Of a stretch of DNA of 64,000 bases, positions 1-15,000 are shown one piece after another. The position numbers and the translations under genes are program-made. The stretch lies in the NCBI GenBank assembly GCA_032718475.1, contig JAUCBJ010009114.1, positions 54,352 to 118,351 of the forward strand. Reading direction: 5' to 3'. The notes beneath the pieces were generated by a model that was not told the DNA's origin, searched no databases, and saw nothing but the letters and a program-made list of their open reading frames with translations. The number at the start of each line of letters is the position of its first letter. The first letter of the stretch is position 1. Origin of the DNA: Nemertoderma westbladi (taxonomy: Eukaryota; Animalia; Xenacoelomorpha).

Positions 1-3000
1 TCATACAAGAGGGGTTACAACTGATACAAGAGAGGATACAATTCATACAAGAGGGGATACAATTCATACAAGAGAGGATACAATTCATACAAGAGGGGTT
101 ACAACTGATACAAGAGAGGATACAATTCATACAAGAGGGGATACAATTCATACAGGAGAGGATACAATTCATACAAGAGAGGATACAATTCATACAAGAG
201 GGGATACAACTGATACAAGAGGGGATACAATTCATACAAGAGGGGTTACAACTGATACAAGAGAGGATACAATTCATACAAGAGGGGTTACAACTGATAC
301 AAGAGAGGATACAATTCATACAGGAGTGGATACAACTGATACAAGAGAGGATACAATTCATACAAGAGAGGATACAATTCATACAAGAGGGGTTACAACT
401 GATACAAGAGAGGATACAATTCATACAAGAGTGGATACAACTGATACAAGAGAGGATACAATTCATACAAGAGAGGATACAATTCATACAAGAGGGGATA
501 CAATTCATACAAGAGTGGATACAACTGATACAAGAGGGGATACAATTCATACAAGAGGGGTTACAACTGATACAAGAGAGGATACAATTCATACAAGAGG
601 GGTTACAACTGATACAAGAGAGGATACAATTCATACAGGAGTGGATACAACTGATACAAGAGAGGATACAATTCATACAAGAGAGGATACAATTCATACA
701 AGAGGGGTTACAACTGATACAAGAGAGGATACAATTCATACAAGAGGGGTTACAACTGATACAAGAGAGGATACAATTCATACAAGAGGGGTTACAACTG
801 ATACAAGAGAGGATACAATTCATACAAGAGGGGTTACAACTGATACAAGAGAGGATACAATTCATACAAGAGGGGTTACAACTGATACAAGAGAGGATAC
901 AATTCATACAAGAGGGGTTACAATTCATACAAGAGAGGATACAATTCATACAAGAGGGGTTACAATTCATACAAGAGAGGATACAATTCATACAAGAGTG
1001 GATACAATTCATACAAGAGTGGATACAACTGATACAAGAGAGGATACAATTCATACAAGAGGGGTTACAACTGATACAAGAGAGGATACAATTCATACAA
1101 GAGGGGTTACAACTGATACAAGAGAGGATACAATTCATACAAGAGGGGTTACAACTGATACAAGAGAGGATACAATTCATACAGGAGTGGATACAACTGA
1201 TACAAGAGAGGATACAATTCATACAAGAGAGGATACAATTCATACAAGAGAGGATACAATTCATACAAGAGTGGATACAATTCATACAAGAGTGGATACA
1301 ACTGATACAAGAGAGGATACAATTCATACAAGAGGGGTTACAACTGATACAAGAGAGGATACAATTCATACAAGAGGGGTTACAACTGATACAAGAGAGG
1401 ATACAATTCATACAAGAGTGGATACAACTGATACAAGAGAGGATACAATTCATACAAGAGGGGTTACAACTGATACAAGAGAGGATACAATTCATACAAG
1501 AGGGGTTACAACTGATACAAGAGAGGATACAATTCATACAGGAGTGGATACAACTGATACAAGAGAGGATACAATTCATACAAGAGAGGTTACAATTCAT
1601 ACAAGAGAGGATACAATTCATACAGGAGAGGATACAATTCATACAAGAGAGGATACAATTCATACAAGAGGGGTTACAACTGATACAAGAGAGGATACAA
1701 TTCATACAAGAGGGGTTACAACTGATACAAGAGAGGATACAATTCATACAAGAGGGGTTACAACTGATACAAGAGAGGATACAATTCATACAAGAGGGGA
1801 TACAATTCATACAAGAGAGGATACAATTCATACAAGAGGGGTTACAACTGATACAAGAGGGGATACAATTCATACAAGAGGGGATACAATTCATACAGGA
1901 GAGGATACAATTCATACACGAGAGGATACAATTCATACAAGAGGGGTTACAACTGATACAAGAGAGGATACAATTCATACAAGAGGGGTTACAACTGATA
2001 CAAGAGAGGATACAATTCATACAAGAGGGGTTACAACTGATACAAGAGAGGATACAATTCATACAAGAGGGGTTACAACTGATACAAGAGAGGATACAAT
2101 TCATACAAGAGGGGTTACAACTGATACAAGAGAGGATACAATTCATACAAGAGGGGATACAATTCATACAAGAGGGGATACAATTCATACAAGAGAGGAT
2201 ACAATTCATACAAGAGGGGATACAATTCATACAAGAGGGGATACAATTCATACAAGAGAGGATACAATTCATACAAGAGGGGTTACAACTGATACAAGAG
2301 AGGATACAATTCATACAAGAGTGGATACAATTCATACAAGAGAGGATACAATTCATACAAGAGGGGTTACAACTGATACAAGAGGGGATACAATTCATAC
2401 AAGAGGGGATACAATTCATACAAGAGAGGATACAATTCATACAAGAGGGGATACAACTGATACAAGAGAGGATACAATTCATACAAGAGGGGTTACAACT
2501 GATACAAGAGAGGATACAATTCATACAAGAGGGGATACAACTGATACAAGAGAGGATACAATTCATACAAGAGGGGTTACAACTGATACAAGAGAGGATA
2601 CAATTCATACAAGAGGGGTTACAACTGATACAAGAGAGGATACAATTCATACAAGAGGGGTTACAACTGATACAAGAGAGGATACAATTCATACAAGAGG
2701 GGTTACAACTGATACAAGAGAGGATACAATTCATACAAGAGGGGTTACAACTGATACAAGAGAGGATACAATTCATACAAGAGGGGTTACAACTGATACA
2801 AGAGAGGATACAATTCATACAAGAGAGGATACAATTCATACAAGAGGGGATACAATTCATACAAGAGGGGTTACAACTGATACAAGAGAGGATACAATTC
2901 ATACAAGAGGGGATACAACTGATACAAGAGAGGATACAATTCATACAAGAGGGGTTACAACTGATACAAGAGAGGATACAATTCATACAAGAGGGGATAC

Positions 3001-6000
3001 AACTGATACAAGAGAGGATACAATTCATACAAGAGGGGATACAATTCATACAAGAGGGGATACAATTCATACAAGAGGGGTTACAACTGATACAAGAGAG
3101 GATACAATTCATACAAGAGGGGTTACAACTGATACAAGAGAGGATACAATTCATACAAGAGGGGTTACAACTGATACAAGAGAGGATACAATTCATACAA
3201 GAGGGGTTACAACTGATACAAGAGAGGATACAATTCATACAAGAGGGGTTACAATTCATACAAGAGGGGATACAACTGATACAAGAGAGGATACAATTCA
3301 TACAAGAGGGGATACAACTGATACAAGAGGGGATACAATTCATACAAGAGGGGATACAACTGATACAAGAGAGGATACAATTCATACAAGAGGGGATACA
3401 ATTCATACAAGAGGGGTTACAACTGATACAAGAGAGGATACAATTCATACAAGAGGGGTTACAACTGATACAAGAGAGGATACAATTCATACAAGAGGGG
3501 TTACAACTGATACAAGAGAGGATACAATTCATACAAGAGGGGATACAACTGATACAAGAGAGGATACAATTCATACAAGAGGGGTTACAACTGATACAAG
3601 AGAGGATACAATTCATACAAGAGGGGTTACAACTGATACAAGAGAGGATACAATTCATACAAGAGGGGATACAATTCATACAAGAGGGGATACAACTGAT
3701 ACAAGAGAGGATACAATTCATACAAGAGGGGATACAACTGATACAAGAGAGGATACAATTCATACAAGAGGGGTTACAACTGATACAAGAGAGGATACAA
3801 TTCATACAAGAGGGGATACAACTGATACAAGAGAGGATACAATTCATACAAGAGGGGATACAACTGATACAAGAGAGGATACAATTCATACAAGAGGGGA
3901 TACAACTGATACAAGAGAGGATACAATTCATACAAGAGGGGATACAATTCATACAAGAGGGGTTACAACTGATACAAGAGAGGATACAATTCATACAAGA
4001 GGGGTTACAACTGATACAAGAGAGGATACAATTCATACAAGAGGGGTTACAACTGATACAAGAGAGGATACAATTCATACAAGAGGGGTTACAACTGATA
4101 CAAGAGGGGATACAATTCATACAAGAGGGGATACAACTGATACAAGAGAGGATACAATTCATACAAGAGGGGTTACAACTGATACAAGAGAGGATACAAT
4201 TCATACAAGAGGGGTTACAACTGATACAAGAGAGGATACAATTCATACAAGAGGGGTTACAACTGATACAAGAGAGGATACAATTCATACAAGAGGGGAT
4301 ACAACTGATACAAGAGAGGATACAATTCATACAAGAGGGGTTACAACTGATACAAGAGAGGATACAATTCATACAAGAGGGGTTACAACTGATACAAGAG
4401 AGGATACAATTCATACAAGAGGGGTTACAACTGATACAAGAGAGGATACAATTCATACAAGAGGGGATACAATTCATACAAGAGGGGATACAACTGATAC
4501 AAGAGAGGATACAATTCATACAAGATGGGATACAATTCATACAAGAGGGGTTACAACTGATACAAGAGAGGATACAATTCATACAAGAGGGGTTACAACT
4601 GATACAAGAGAGGATACAATTCATACAAGAGGGGATACAACTGATACAAGAGAGGATACAATTCATACAAGAGGGGTTACAACTGATACAAGAGAGGATA
4701 CAATTCATACAAGAGGGGTTACAACTGATACAAGAGAGGATACAATTCATACAAGAGGGGTTACAACTGATACAAGAGGGGATACAATTCATACAAGAGG
4801 GGATACAATTCATACAAGAGGGGTTACAACTGATACAAGAGAGGATACAATTCATACAAGAGGGGATACAATTCATACAAGAGGGGATACAACTGATACA
4901 AGAGAGGATACAATTCATACAAGATGGGATACAATTCATACAAGAGGGGTTACAACTGATACAAGAGGGGATACAATTCATACAAGAGGGGATACAATTC
5001 ATACAAGAGAGGATACAATTCATACAAGAGGGGATACAACTGATACAAGAGAGGATACAATTCATACAAGAGGGGATACAACTGATACAAGAGAGGATAC
5101 AATTCATACAAGAGGGGTTACAACTGATACAAGAGAGGATACAATTCATACAAGAGGGGATACAATTCATACAAGAGGGGATACAATTCATACAAGAGGG
5201 GATACAACTGATACAAGAGAGGATACAATTCATACAAGAGGGGATACAATTCATACAAGAGGGGATACAATTCATACAAGAGGGGATACAACTGATACAA
5301 GAGAGGATACAATTCATACAAGAGGGGATACAATTCATACAAGAGAGGATACAATTCATACAAGAGGGGATACAACTGATACAAGAGAGGATACAATTCA
5401 TACAAGAGGGGATACAATTCATACAAGAGGGGATACAATTCATACAAGAGGGGATACAACTGATACAAGAGAGGATACAATTCATACAAGAGGGGATACA
5501 ATTCATACAAGAGGGGATACAACTGATACAAGATGGGATACAATTCATACAAGAGGGGATACAACTGATACAAGAGAGGATACAATTCATACAAGAGGGG
5601 ATACAACTGATACAAGATGGGATACAATTCATACAAGAGGGGATACAACTGATACAAGAGAGGATACAATTCATACAAGAGGGGATACAATTCATACAAG
5701 AGGGGTTACAATTCATACAAGAGGGGATACAATTCATACAAGAGAGGATACAATTCATACAAGAGGGGTTACAACTGATACAAGAGGGGATACAATTCAT
5801 ACAAGAGGGGATACAATTCATACAAGAGAGGATACAATTCATACAAGAGGGGATACAACTGATACAAGAGAGGATACAATTCATACAAGAGGGGTTACAA
5901 CTGATACAAGAGGGGATACAATTCATACAAGAGGGGATACAACTGATACAAGAGAGGATACAATTCATACAAGAGGGGTTACAACTGATACAAGAGAGGA

Positions 6001-9000
6001 TACAATTCATACAAGAGGGGTTACAACTGATACAAGAGAGGATACAATTCATACAAGAGGGGTTACAACTGATACAAGAGAGGATACAATTCATACAAGA
6101 GGGGTTACAACTGATACAAGAGGGGATACAATTCATACAAGAGGGGATACAACTGATACAAGAGAGGATACAATTCATACAAGAGGGGATACAATTCATA
6201 CAAGAGGGGATACAATTCATACAAGAGGGGATACAATTCATACAAGAGGGGATACAACTGATACAAGAGAGGATACAATTCATACAAGAGGGGTTACAAC
6301 TGATACAAGAGAGGATACAATTCATACAGGAGTGGATACAACTGATACAAGAGAGGATACAATTCATACAAGAGAGGATACAATTCATACAAGAGGGGTT
6401 ACAACTGATACAAGAGAGGATACAATTCATACAGGAGTGGATACAATTCATACAAGAGAGGATACAATTCATACAAGAGGGGTTACAACTGATACAAGAG
6501 AGGATACAATTCATACAGGAGTGGATACAATTCATACAAGAGAGGATACAATTCATACAAGAGTGGATACAATTCATACAAGAGGGGTTACAACTGATAC
6601 AAGAGAGGATACAATTCATACAAGAGGGGTTACAACTGATACAAGAGAGGATACAATTCATACAAGAGAGGATACAATTCATACAAGAGGGGTTACAACT
6701 GATACAAGAGAGGATACAATTCATACAAGAGGGGTTACAACTGATACAAGAGAGGATACAATTCATACAGGAGTGGATACAATTCATACAAGAGAGGATA
6801 CAATTCATACAAGAGGGGTTACAACTGATACAAGAGGGGATACAATTCATACAAGAGGGGTTACAACTGATACAAGAGAGGATACAATTCATACAAGAGG
6901 GGTTACAACTGATACAAGAGAGGATACAATTCATACAAGAGGGGATACAATTCATACAAGAGGGGATACAACTGATACAAGAGAGGATACAATTCATACA
7001 AGAGGGGTTACAACTGATACAAGAGAGGATACAATTCATACAAGAGGGGTTACAACTGATACAAGAGAGGATACAATTCATACACGAGAGGATACAATTC
7101 ATACAAGAGGGGATACAACTGATACAAGAGAGGATACAATTCATACAAGAGGGGATACAATTCATACAAGAGGGGATACAATTCATACAAGAGGGGATAC
7201 AATTCATACAAGAGTGGATACAATTCATACAGGAGTGGATACAACTGATACAAGAGAGGATACAATTCATACAAGAGGGGTTACAATTCATACAAGAGGG
7301 GATACAACTGATACAAGAGAGGATACAATTCATACAAGAGGGGTTACAACTGATACAAGAGAGGATACAATTCATACAAGAGGGGTTACAACTGATACAA
7401 GAGAGGATACAATTCATACAAGAGGGGTTACAACTGATACAAGAGAGGATACAATTCATACAAGAGAGGATACAATTCATACAAGAGAGGATACAATTCA
7501 TACAAGAGGGGATACAACTGATACAAGAGAGGATACAATTCATACAAGAGAGGATACAATTCATACAAGAGAGGATACAATTCATACAAGAGGGGATACA
7601 ACTGATACAAGAGAGGATACAATTCATACAAGAGAGGATACAATTCATACAAGAGAGGATACAATTCATACAAGAGAGGATACAATTCATACAAGAGGGG
7701 ATACAATTCATACAAGAGGGGTTACAACTGATACAAGAGAGGATACAATTCATACAAGAGAGGATACAATTCATACAAGAGGGGATACAACTGATACAAG
7801 AGAGGATACAATTCATACAAGAGGGGATACAATTCATACAAGAGGGGATACAATTCATACAAGAGGGGATACAATTCATACAAGAGAGGATACAATTCAT
7901 ACAAGAGGGGATACAACTGATACAAGAGAGGATACAATTCATACAAGAGAGGATACAATTCATACAAGAGAGGATACAATTCATACAAGAGGGGATACAA
8001 TTCATACAAGAGGGGTTACAACTGATACAAGAGAGGATACAATTCATACAAGAGAGGATACAATTCATACAAGAGGGGATACAACTGATACAAGAGAGGA
8101 TACAATTCATACAAGAGGGGATACAATTCATACAAGAGGGGATACAATTCATACAAGAGGGGATACAATTCATACAAGAGAGGATACAATTCATACAAGA
8201 GGGGATACAACTGATACAAGAGAGGATACAATTCATACAAGAGAGGATACAATTCATACAAGAGAGGATACAATTCATACAAGAGAGGATACAATTCATA
8301 CAAGAGGGGTTACAATTCATACAAGAGGGGATACAACTGATACAAGAGAGGATACAATTCATACAAGAGGGGTTACAATTCATACAAGAGGGGATACAAC
8401 TGATACAAGAGAGGATACAATTCATACAAGAGGGGATACAATTCATACAAGAGGGGATACAATTCATACAAGAGGGGATACAATTCATACAAGAGTGGAT
8501 ACAATTCATACAGGAGTGGATACAACTGATACAAGAGAGGATACAATTCATACAAGAGAGGATACAATTCATACAAGAGGAGATACAATTCATACAAGAG
8601 TGGATACAATTCATACAAGAGGGGATACAACTGATACAAGAGGGGATACAATTCATACAAGATGGGATACAATTCATACAAGAGTGGATACAATTCATAC
8701 AGGAGTGGATACAACTGATACAAGAGAGGATACAATTCATACAAGAGAGGATACAATTCATACAAGAGGAGATACAATTCATACAAGAGTGGATACAATT
8801 CATACAAGAGGGGATACAACTGATACAAGAGGGGATACAATTCATACAAGATGGGATACAATTCAAACAAGATGGGATACAACTGATACAAGAGGGGATA
8901 CAATTCATACAAGAGGGGATACAATTCATACAAGATGGGATACAATTGATACAAGAGGGGATACAATTCATACAAGAGGGGTTACAATTCATACAAGAGG

Positions 9001-12000
9001 GGATACAACTGATACAAGAGAGGATACAATTCATACAAGAGGGGTTACAACTGATACAAGAGAGGATACAATTCATACAAGAGGGGTTACAACTGATACA
9101 AGAGAGGATACAATTCATACAAGAGGGGTTACAACTGATACAAGAGAGGATACAATTCATACAAGAGAGGATACAATTCATACAAGAGAGGATACAATTC
9201 ATACAAGAGGGGATACAACTGATACAAGAGAGGATACAATTCATACAAGAGAGGATACAATTCATACAAGAGAGGATACAATTCATACAAGAGGGGATAC
9301 AACTGATACAAGAGAGGATACAATTCATACAAGAGAGGATACAATTCATACAAGAGAGGATACAATTCATACAAGAGAGGATACAATTCATACAAGAGGG
9401 GATACAATTCATACAAGAGGGGTTACAACTGATACAAGAGAGGATACAATTCATACAAGAGGGGTTACAATTCATACAAGAGGGGATACAACTGATACAA
9501 GAGAGGATACAATTCATACAAGAGGGGTTACAATTCATACAAGAGGGGATACAACTGATACAAGAGAGGATACAATTCATACAAGAGGGGTTACAACTGA
9601 TACAAGAGAGGATACAATTCATACAAGAGGGGTTACAATTCATACAAGAGGGGATACAACTGATACAAGAGAGGATACAATTCATACAAGAGGGGTTACA
9701 ACTGATACAAGAGAGGATACAATTCATACAAGAGGGGTTACAACTGATACAAGAGAGGATACAATTCATACAAGAGGGGTTACAACTGATACAAGAGAGG
9801 ATACAATTCATACAAGAGGGGTTACAACTGATACAAGAGAGGATACAATTCATACAGGAGTGGATACAACTGATACAAGAGAGGATACAATTCATACAAG
9901 AGGGGTTACAATTCATACAAGAGGGGATACAACTGATACAAGAGAGGATACAATTCATACAAGAGGGGATACAATTCATACAAGAGGGGATACAATTCAT
10001 ACAAGAGGGGTTACAACTGATACAAGAGAGGATACAATTCATACAAGAGGGGTTACAACTGATACAAGAGAGGATACAATTCATACAAGAGGGGTTACAA
10101 CTGATACAAGAGAGGATACAATTCATACAAGAGGGGATACAATTCATACAAGAGGGGTTACAACTGATACAAGAGAGGATACAATTCATACAAGAGGGGT
10201 TACAACTGATACAAGAGAGGATACAATTCATACAAGAGGGGTTACAACTGATACAAGAGAGGATACAATTCATACAAGAGGGGTTACAACTGATACAAGA
10301 GAGGATACAATTCATACAAGAGGGGTTACAATTCATACAAGAGGGGATACAACTGATACAAGAGAGGATACAATTCATACAAGAGGGGTTACAACTGATA
10401 CAAGAGAGGATACAATTCATACAAGAGGGGTTACAACTGATACAAGAGAGGATACAATTCATACAAGAGGGGTTACAACTGATACAAGAGAGGATACAAT
10501 TCATACAAGAGTGGATACAACTGATACAAGAGAGGATACAATTCATACAAGAGGGGTTACAATTCATACAAGAGGGGATACAACTGATACAAGAGAGGAT
10601 ACAATTCATACAAGAGGGGTTACAACTGATACAAGAGGGGTTACAATTCATACAAGAGGGGATACAACTGATACAAGAGAGGATACAATTCATACAAGAG
10701 GGGTTACAACTGATACAAGAGAGGATACAATTCATACAAGAGGGGTTACAACTGATACAAGAGAGGATACAATTCATACAAGAGGGGTTACAACTGATAC
10801 AAGAGAGGATACAATTCATACAAGAGGGGTTACAACTGATACAAGAGAGGATACAATTCATACAAGAGGGGTTACAACTGATACAAGAGAGGATACAATT
10901 CATACAAGAGGGGTTACAATTCATACAAGAGGGGATACAACTGATACAAGAGAGGATACAATTCATACAAGAGGGGTTACAACTGATACAAGAGAGGATA
11001 CAATTCATACAAGAGGGGTTACAACTGATACAAGAGAGGATACAATTCATACAAGAGGGGTTACAACTGATACAAGAGAGGATACAATTCATACAAGAGT
11101 GGATACAACTGATACAAGAGAGGATACAATTCATACAAGAGGGGTTACAATTCATACAAGAGGGGATACAACTGATACAAGAGAGGATACAATTCATACA
11201 AGAGGGGTTACAACTGATACAAGAGAGGATACAATTCATACAAGAGGGGTTACAACTGATACAAGAGAGGATACAATTCATACAAGAGGGGTTACAACTG
11301 ATACAAGAGAGGATACAATTCATACAAGAGGGGTTACAACTGATACAAGAGAGGATACAATTCATACAAGAGGGGTTACAACTGATACAAGAGAGGATAC
11401 AATTCATACAAGAGGGGATACAACTGATACAAGAGAGGATACAATTCATACAAGAGGGGTTACAATTCATACAAGAGGGGATACAACTGATACAAGAGAG
11501 GATACAATTCATACAAGAGGGGTTACAACTGATACAAGAGAGGATACAATTCATACAAGAGGGGTTACAACTGATACAAGAGAGGATACAATTCATACAA
11601 GAGGGGTTACAACTGATACAAGAGAGGATACAATTCATACAAGAGGGGTTACAACTGATACAAGAGAGGATACAATTCATACAAGAGGGGTTACAACTGA
11701 TACAAGAGAGGATACAATTCATACAAGAGGGGTTACAATTCATACAAGAGGGGTTACAATTCATACAAGAGGGGATACAATTCATACAAGAGTGGATACA
11801 ATTCATACAAGAGGGGTTACAACTGATACAAGAGAGGATACAACTGATACAAGAGAGGATACAATTCATACAAGAGGGGTTACAACTGATACAAGAGAGG
11901 ATACAATTCATACAAGAGGGGATACAATTCATACAAGAGGGGTTACAATTCATACAAGAGGGGATACAACTGATACAAGAGAGGATACAATTCATACAAG

Positions 12001-15000
12001 AGGGGTTACAACTGATACAAGAGAGGATACAATTCATACAAGAGGGGTTACAACTGATACAAGAGAGGATACAACTGATACAAGAGAGGATACAATTCAT
12101 ACAAGAGGGGTTACAACTGATACAAGAGAGGATACAATTCATACAAGAGGGGATACAATTCATACAAGAGTGGATACAATTCATACAGGAGTGGATACAA
12201 CTGATACAAGAGAGGATACAATTCATACAAGAGGGGTTACAATTCATACAAGAGGGGATACAACTGATACAAGAGAGGATACAATTCATACAAGAGGGGT
12301 TACAACTGATACAAGAGAGGATACAATTCATACAAGAGGGGATACAATTCATACAAGAGTGGATACAATTCATACAGGAGTGGATACAACTGATACAAGA
12401 GAGGATACAATTCATACAAGAGGGGATACAATTCATACAAGAGGGGTTACAACTGATACAAGAGAGGATACAATTCATACAAGAGGGGTTACAACTGATA
12501 CAAGAGAGGATACAACTGATACAAGAGAGGATACAATTCATACAAGAGGGGTTACAACTGATACAAGAGAGGATACAATTCATACAAGAGGGGTTACAAC
12601 TGATACAAGAGAGGATACAATTCATACAAGAGGGGTTACAACTGATACAAGAGAGGATACAATTCATACAAGAGGGGTTACAATTCATACAAGAGAGGAT
12701 ACAATTCATACAAGAGTGGATACAATTCATACAAGAGGGGATACAATTCATACAAGAGGGGTTACAATTCATACAAGAGGGGATACAATTCATACAAGAG
12801 GGGATACAACTGATACAAGAGAGGATACAATTCATACAAGAGGGGTTACAACTGATACAAGAGAGGATACAATTCATACAAGAGGGGATACAACTGATAC
12901 AAGAGAGGATACAATTCATACAAGAGGGGTTACAACTGATACAAGAGAGGATACAATTCATACAAGAGGGGTTACAACTGATACAAGAGAGGATACAATT
13001 CATACAAGAGGGGATACAATTCATACAAGAGGGGTTACAATTCATACAAGAGGGGATACAACTGATACAAGAGAGGATACAATTCATACAAGAGGGGTTA
13101 CAACTGATACAAGAGAGGATACAATTCATACAAGAGGGGATACAATTCATACAAGAGGGGATACAATTCATACAAGAGGGGATACAATTGATACAAGAGG
13201 GGTTACAACTGATACAAGAGAGGATACAATTCATACAAGAGGGGATACAATTCATACAAGAGGGGATACAATTCATACAAGAGGGGATACAATTGATACA
13301 AGAGGGGTTACAACTGATACAAGAGAGGATACAATTCATACAAGAGGGGATACAATTCATACAAGAGGGGATACAATTCATACAAGAGGGGATACAATTC
13401 ATACAAGAGGGGATACAATTCATACAAGAGGGGATACAATTCATACAAGAGGGGATACAATTGATACAAGAGGGGTTACAACTGATACAAGAGAGGATAC
13501 AATTCATACAAGAGGGGATACAATTCATACAAGAGGGGATACAATTCATACAAGAGGGGATACAATTGATACAAGAGGGGATACAACTGATACAAGAGAG
13601 GATACAATTCATACAAGAGGGGTTACAACTGATACAAGAGAGGATACAATTCATACAAGAGGGGTTACAACTGATACAAGAGAGGATACAATTCATACAA
13701 GAGGGGTTACAACTGATACAAGAGAGGATACAATTCATACAAGAGGGGTTACAATTCATACAAGAGAGGATACAATTCATACAAGAGTGGATACAATTCA
13801 TACAAGAGGGGATACAATTCATACAAGAGGGGTTACAATTCATACAAGAGGGGATACAATTCATACAAGAGGGGATACAACTGATACAAGAGAGGATACA
13901 ATTCATACAAGAGGGGTTACAACTGATACAAGAGAGGATACAATTCATACAAGAGGGGTTACAATTCATACAAGAGGGGTTACAACTGATACAAGAGAGG
14001 ATACAATTCATACAAGAGGGGTTACAACTGATACAAGAGAGGATACAATTCATACAAGAGGGGATACAATTCATACAAGAGGGGTTACAATTCATACAAG
14101 AGGGGATACAACTGATACAAGAGAGGATACAATTCATACAAGAGGGGTTACAACTGATACAAGAGAGGATACAATTCATACAAGAGGGGTTACAACTGAT
14201 ACAAGAGAGGATACAATTCATACAAGAGGGGTTACAACTGATACAAGAGAGGATACAATTCATACAAGAGGGGTTACAACTGATACAAGAGAGGATACAA
14301 TTCATACAAGAGGGGTTACAACTGATACAAGAGAGGATACAATTCATACAAGAGGGGATACAATTCATACAAGAGGGGTTACAATTCATACAAGAGGGGA
14401 TACAACTGATACAAGAGAGGATACAATTCATACAAGAGGGGTTACAACTGATACAAGAGAGGATACAATTCATACAAGAGGGGATACAATTCATACAAGA
14501 GGGGTTACAATTCATACAAGAGGGGATACAACTGATACAAGAGAGGATACAATTCATACAAGAGGGGTTACAACTGATACAAGAGAGGATACAATTCATA
14601 CAAGAGGGGTTACAACTGATACAAGAGAGGATACAATTCATACAAGAGGGGTTACAACTGATACAAGAGAGGATACAATTCATACAAGAGGGGATACAAT
14701 TCATACAGGAGAGGATACAATTCATACAAGAGGGGTTACAACTGATACAAGAGAGGATACAATTCATACAAGAGGGGTTACAACTGATACAAGAGAGGAT
14801 ACAATTCATACAGGAGTGGATACAACTGATACAAGAGAGGATACAATTCATACAAGAGAGGATACAATTCATACAAGAGGGGTTACAACTGATACAAGAG
14901 AGGATACAATTCATACAAGAGGGGTTACAACTGATACAAGAGAGGATACAATTCATACAAGAGGGGATACAATTCATACAAGAGGGGATACAATTCATAC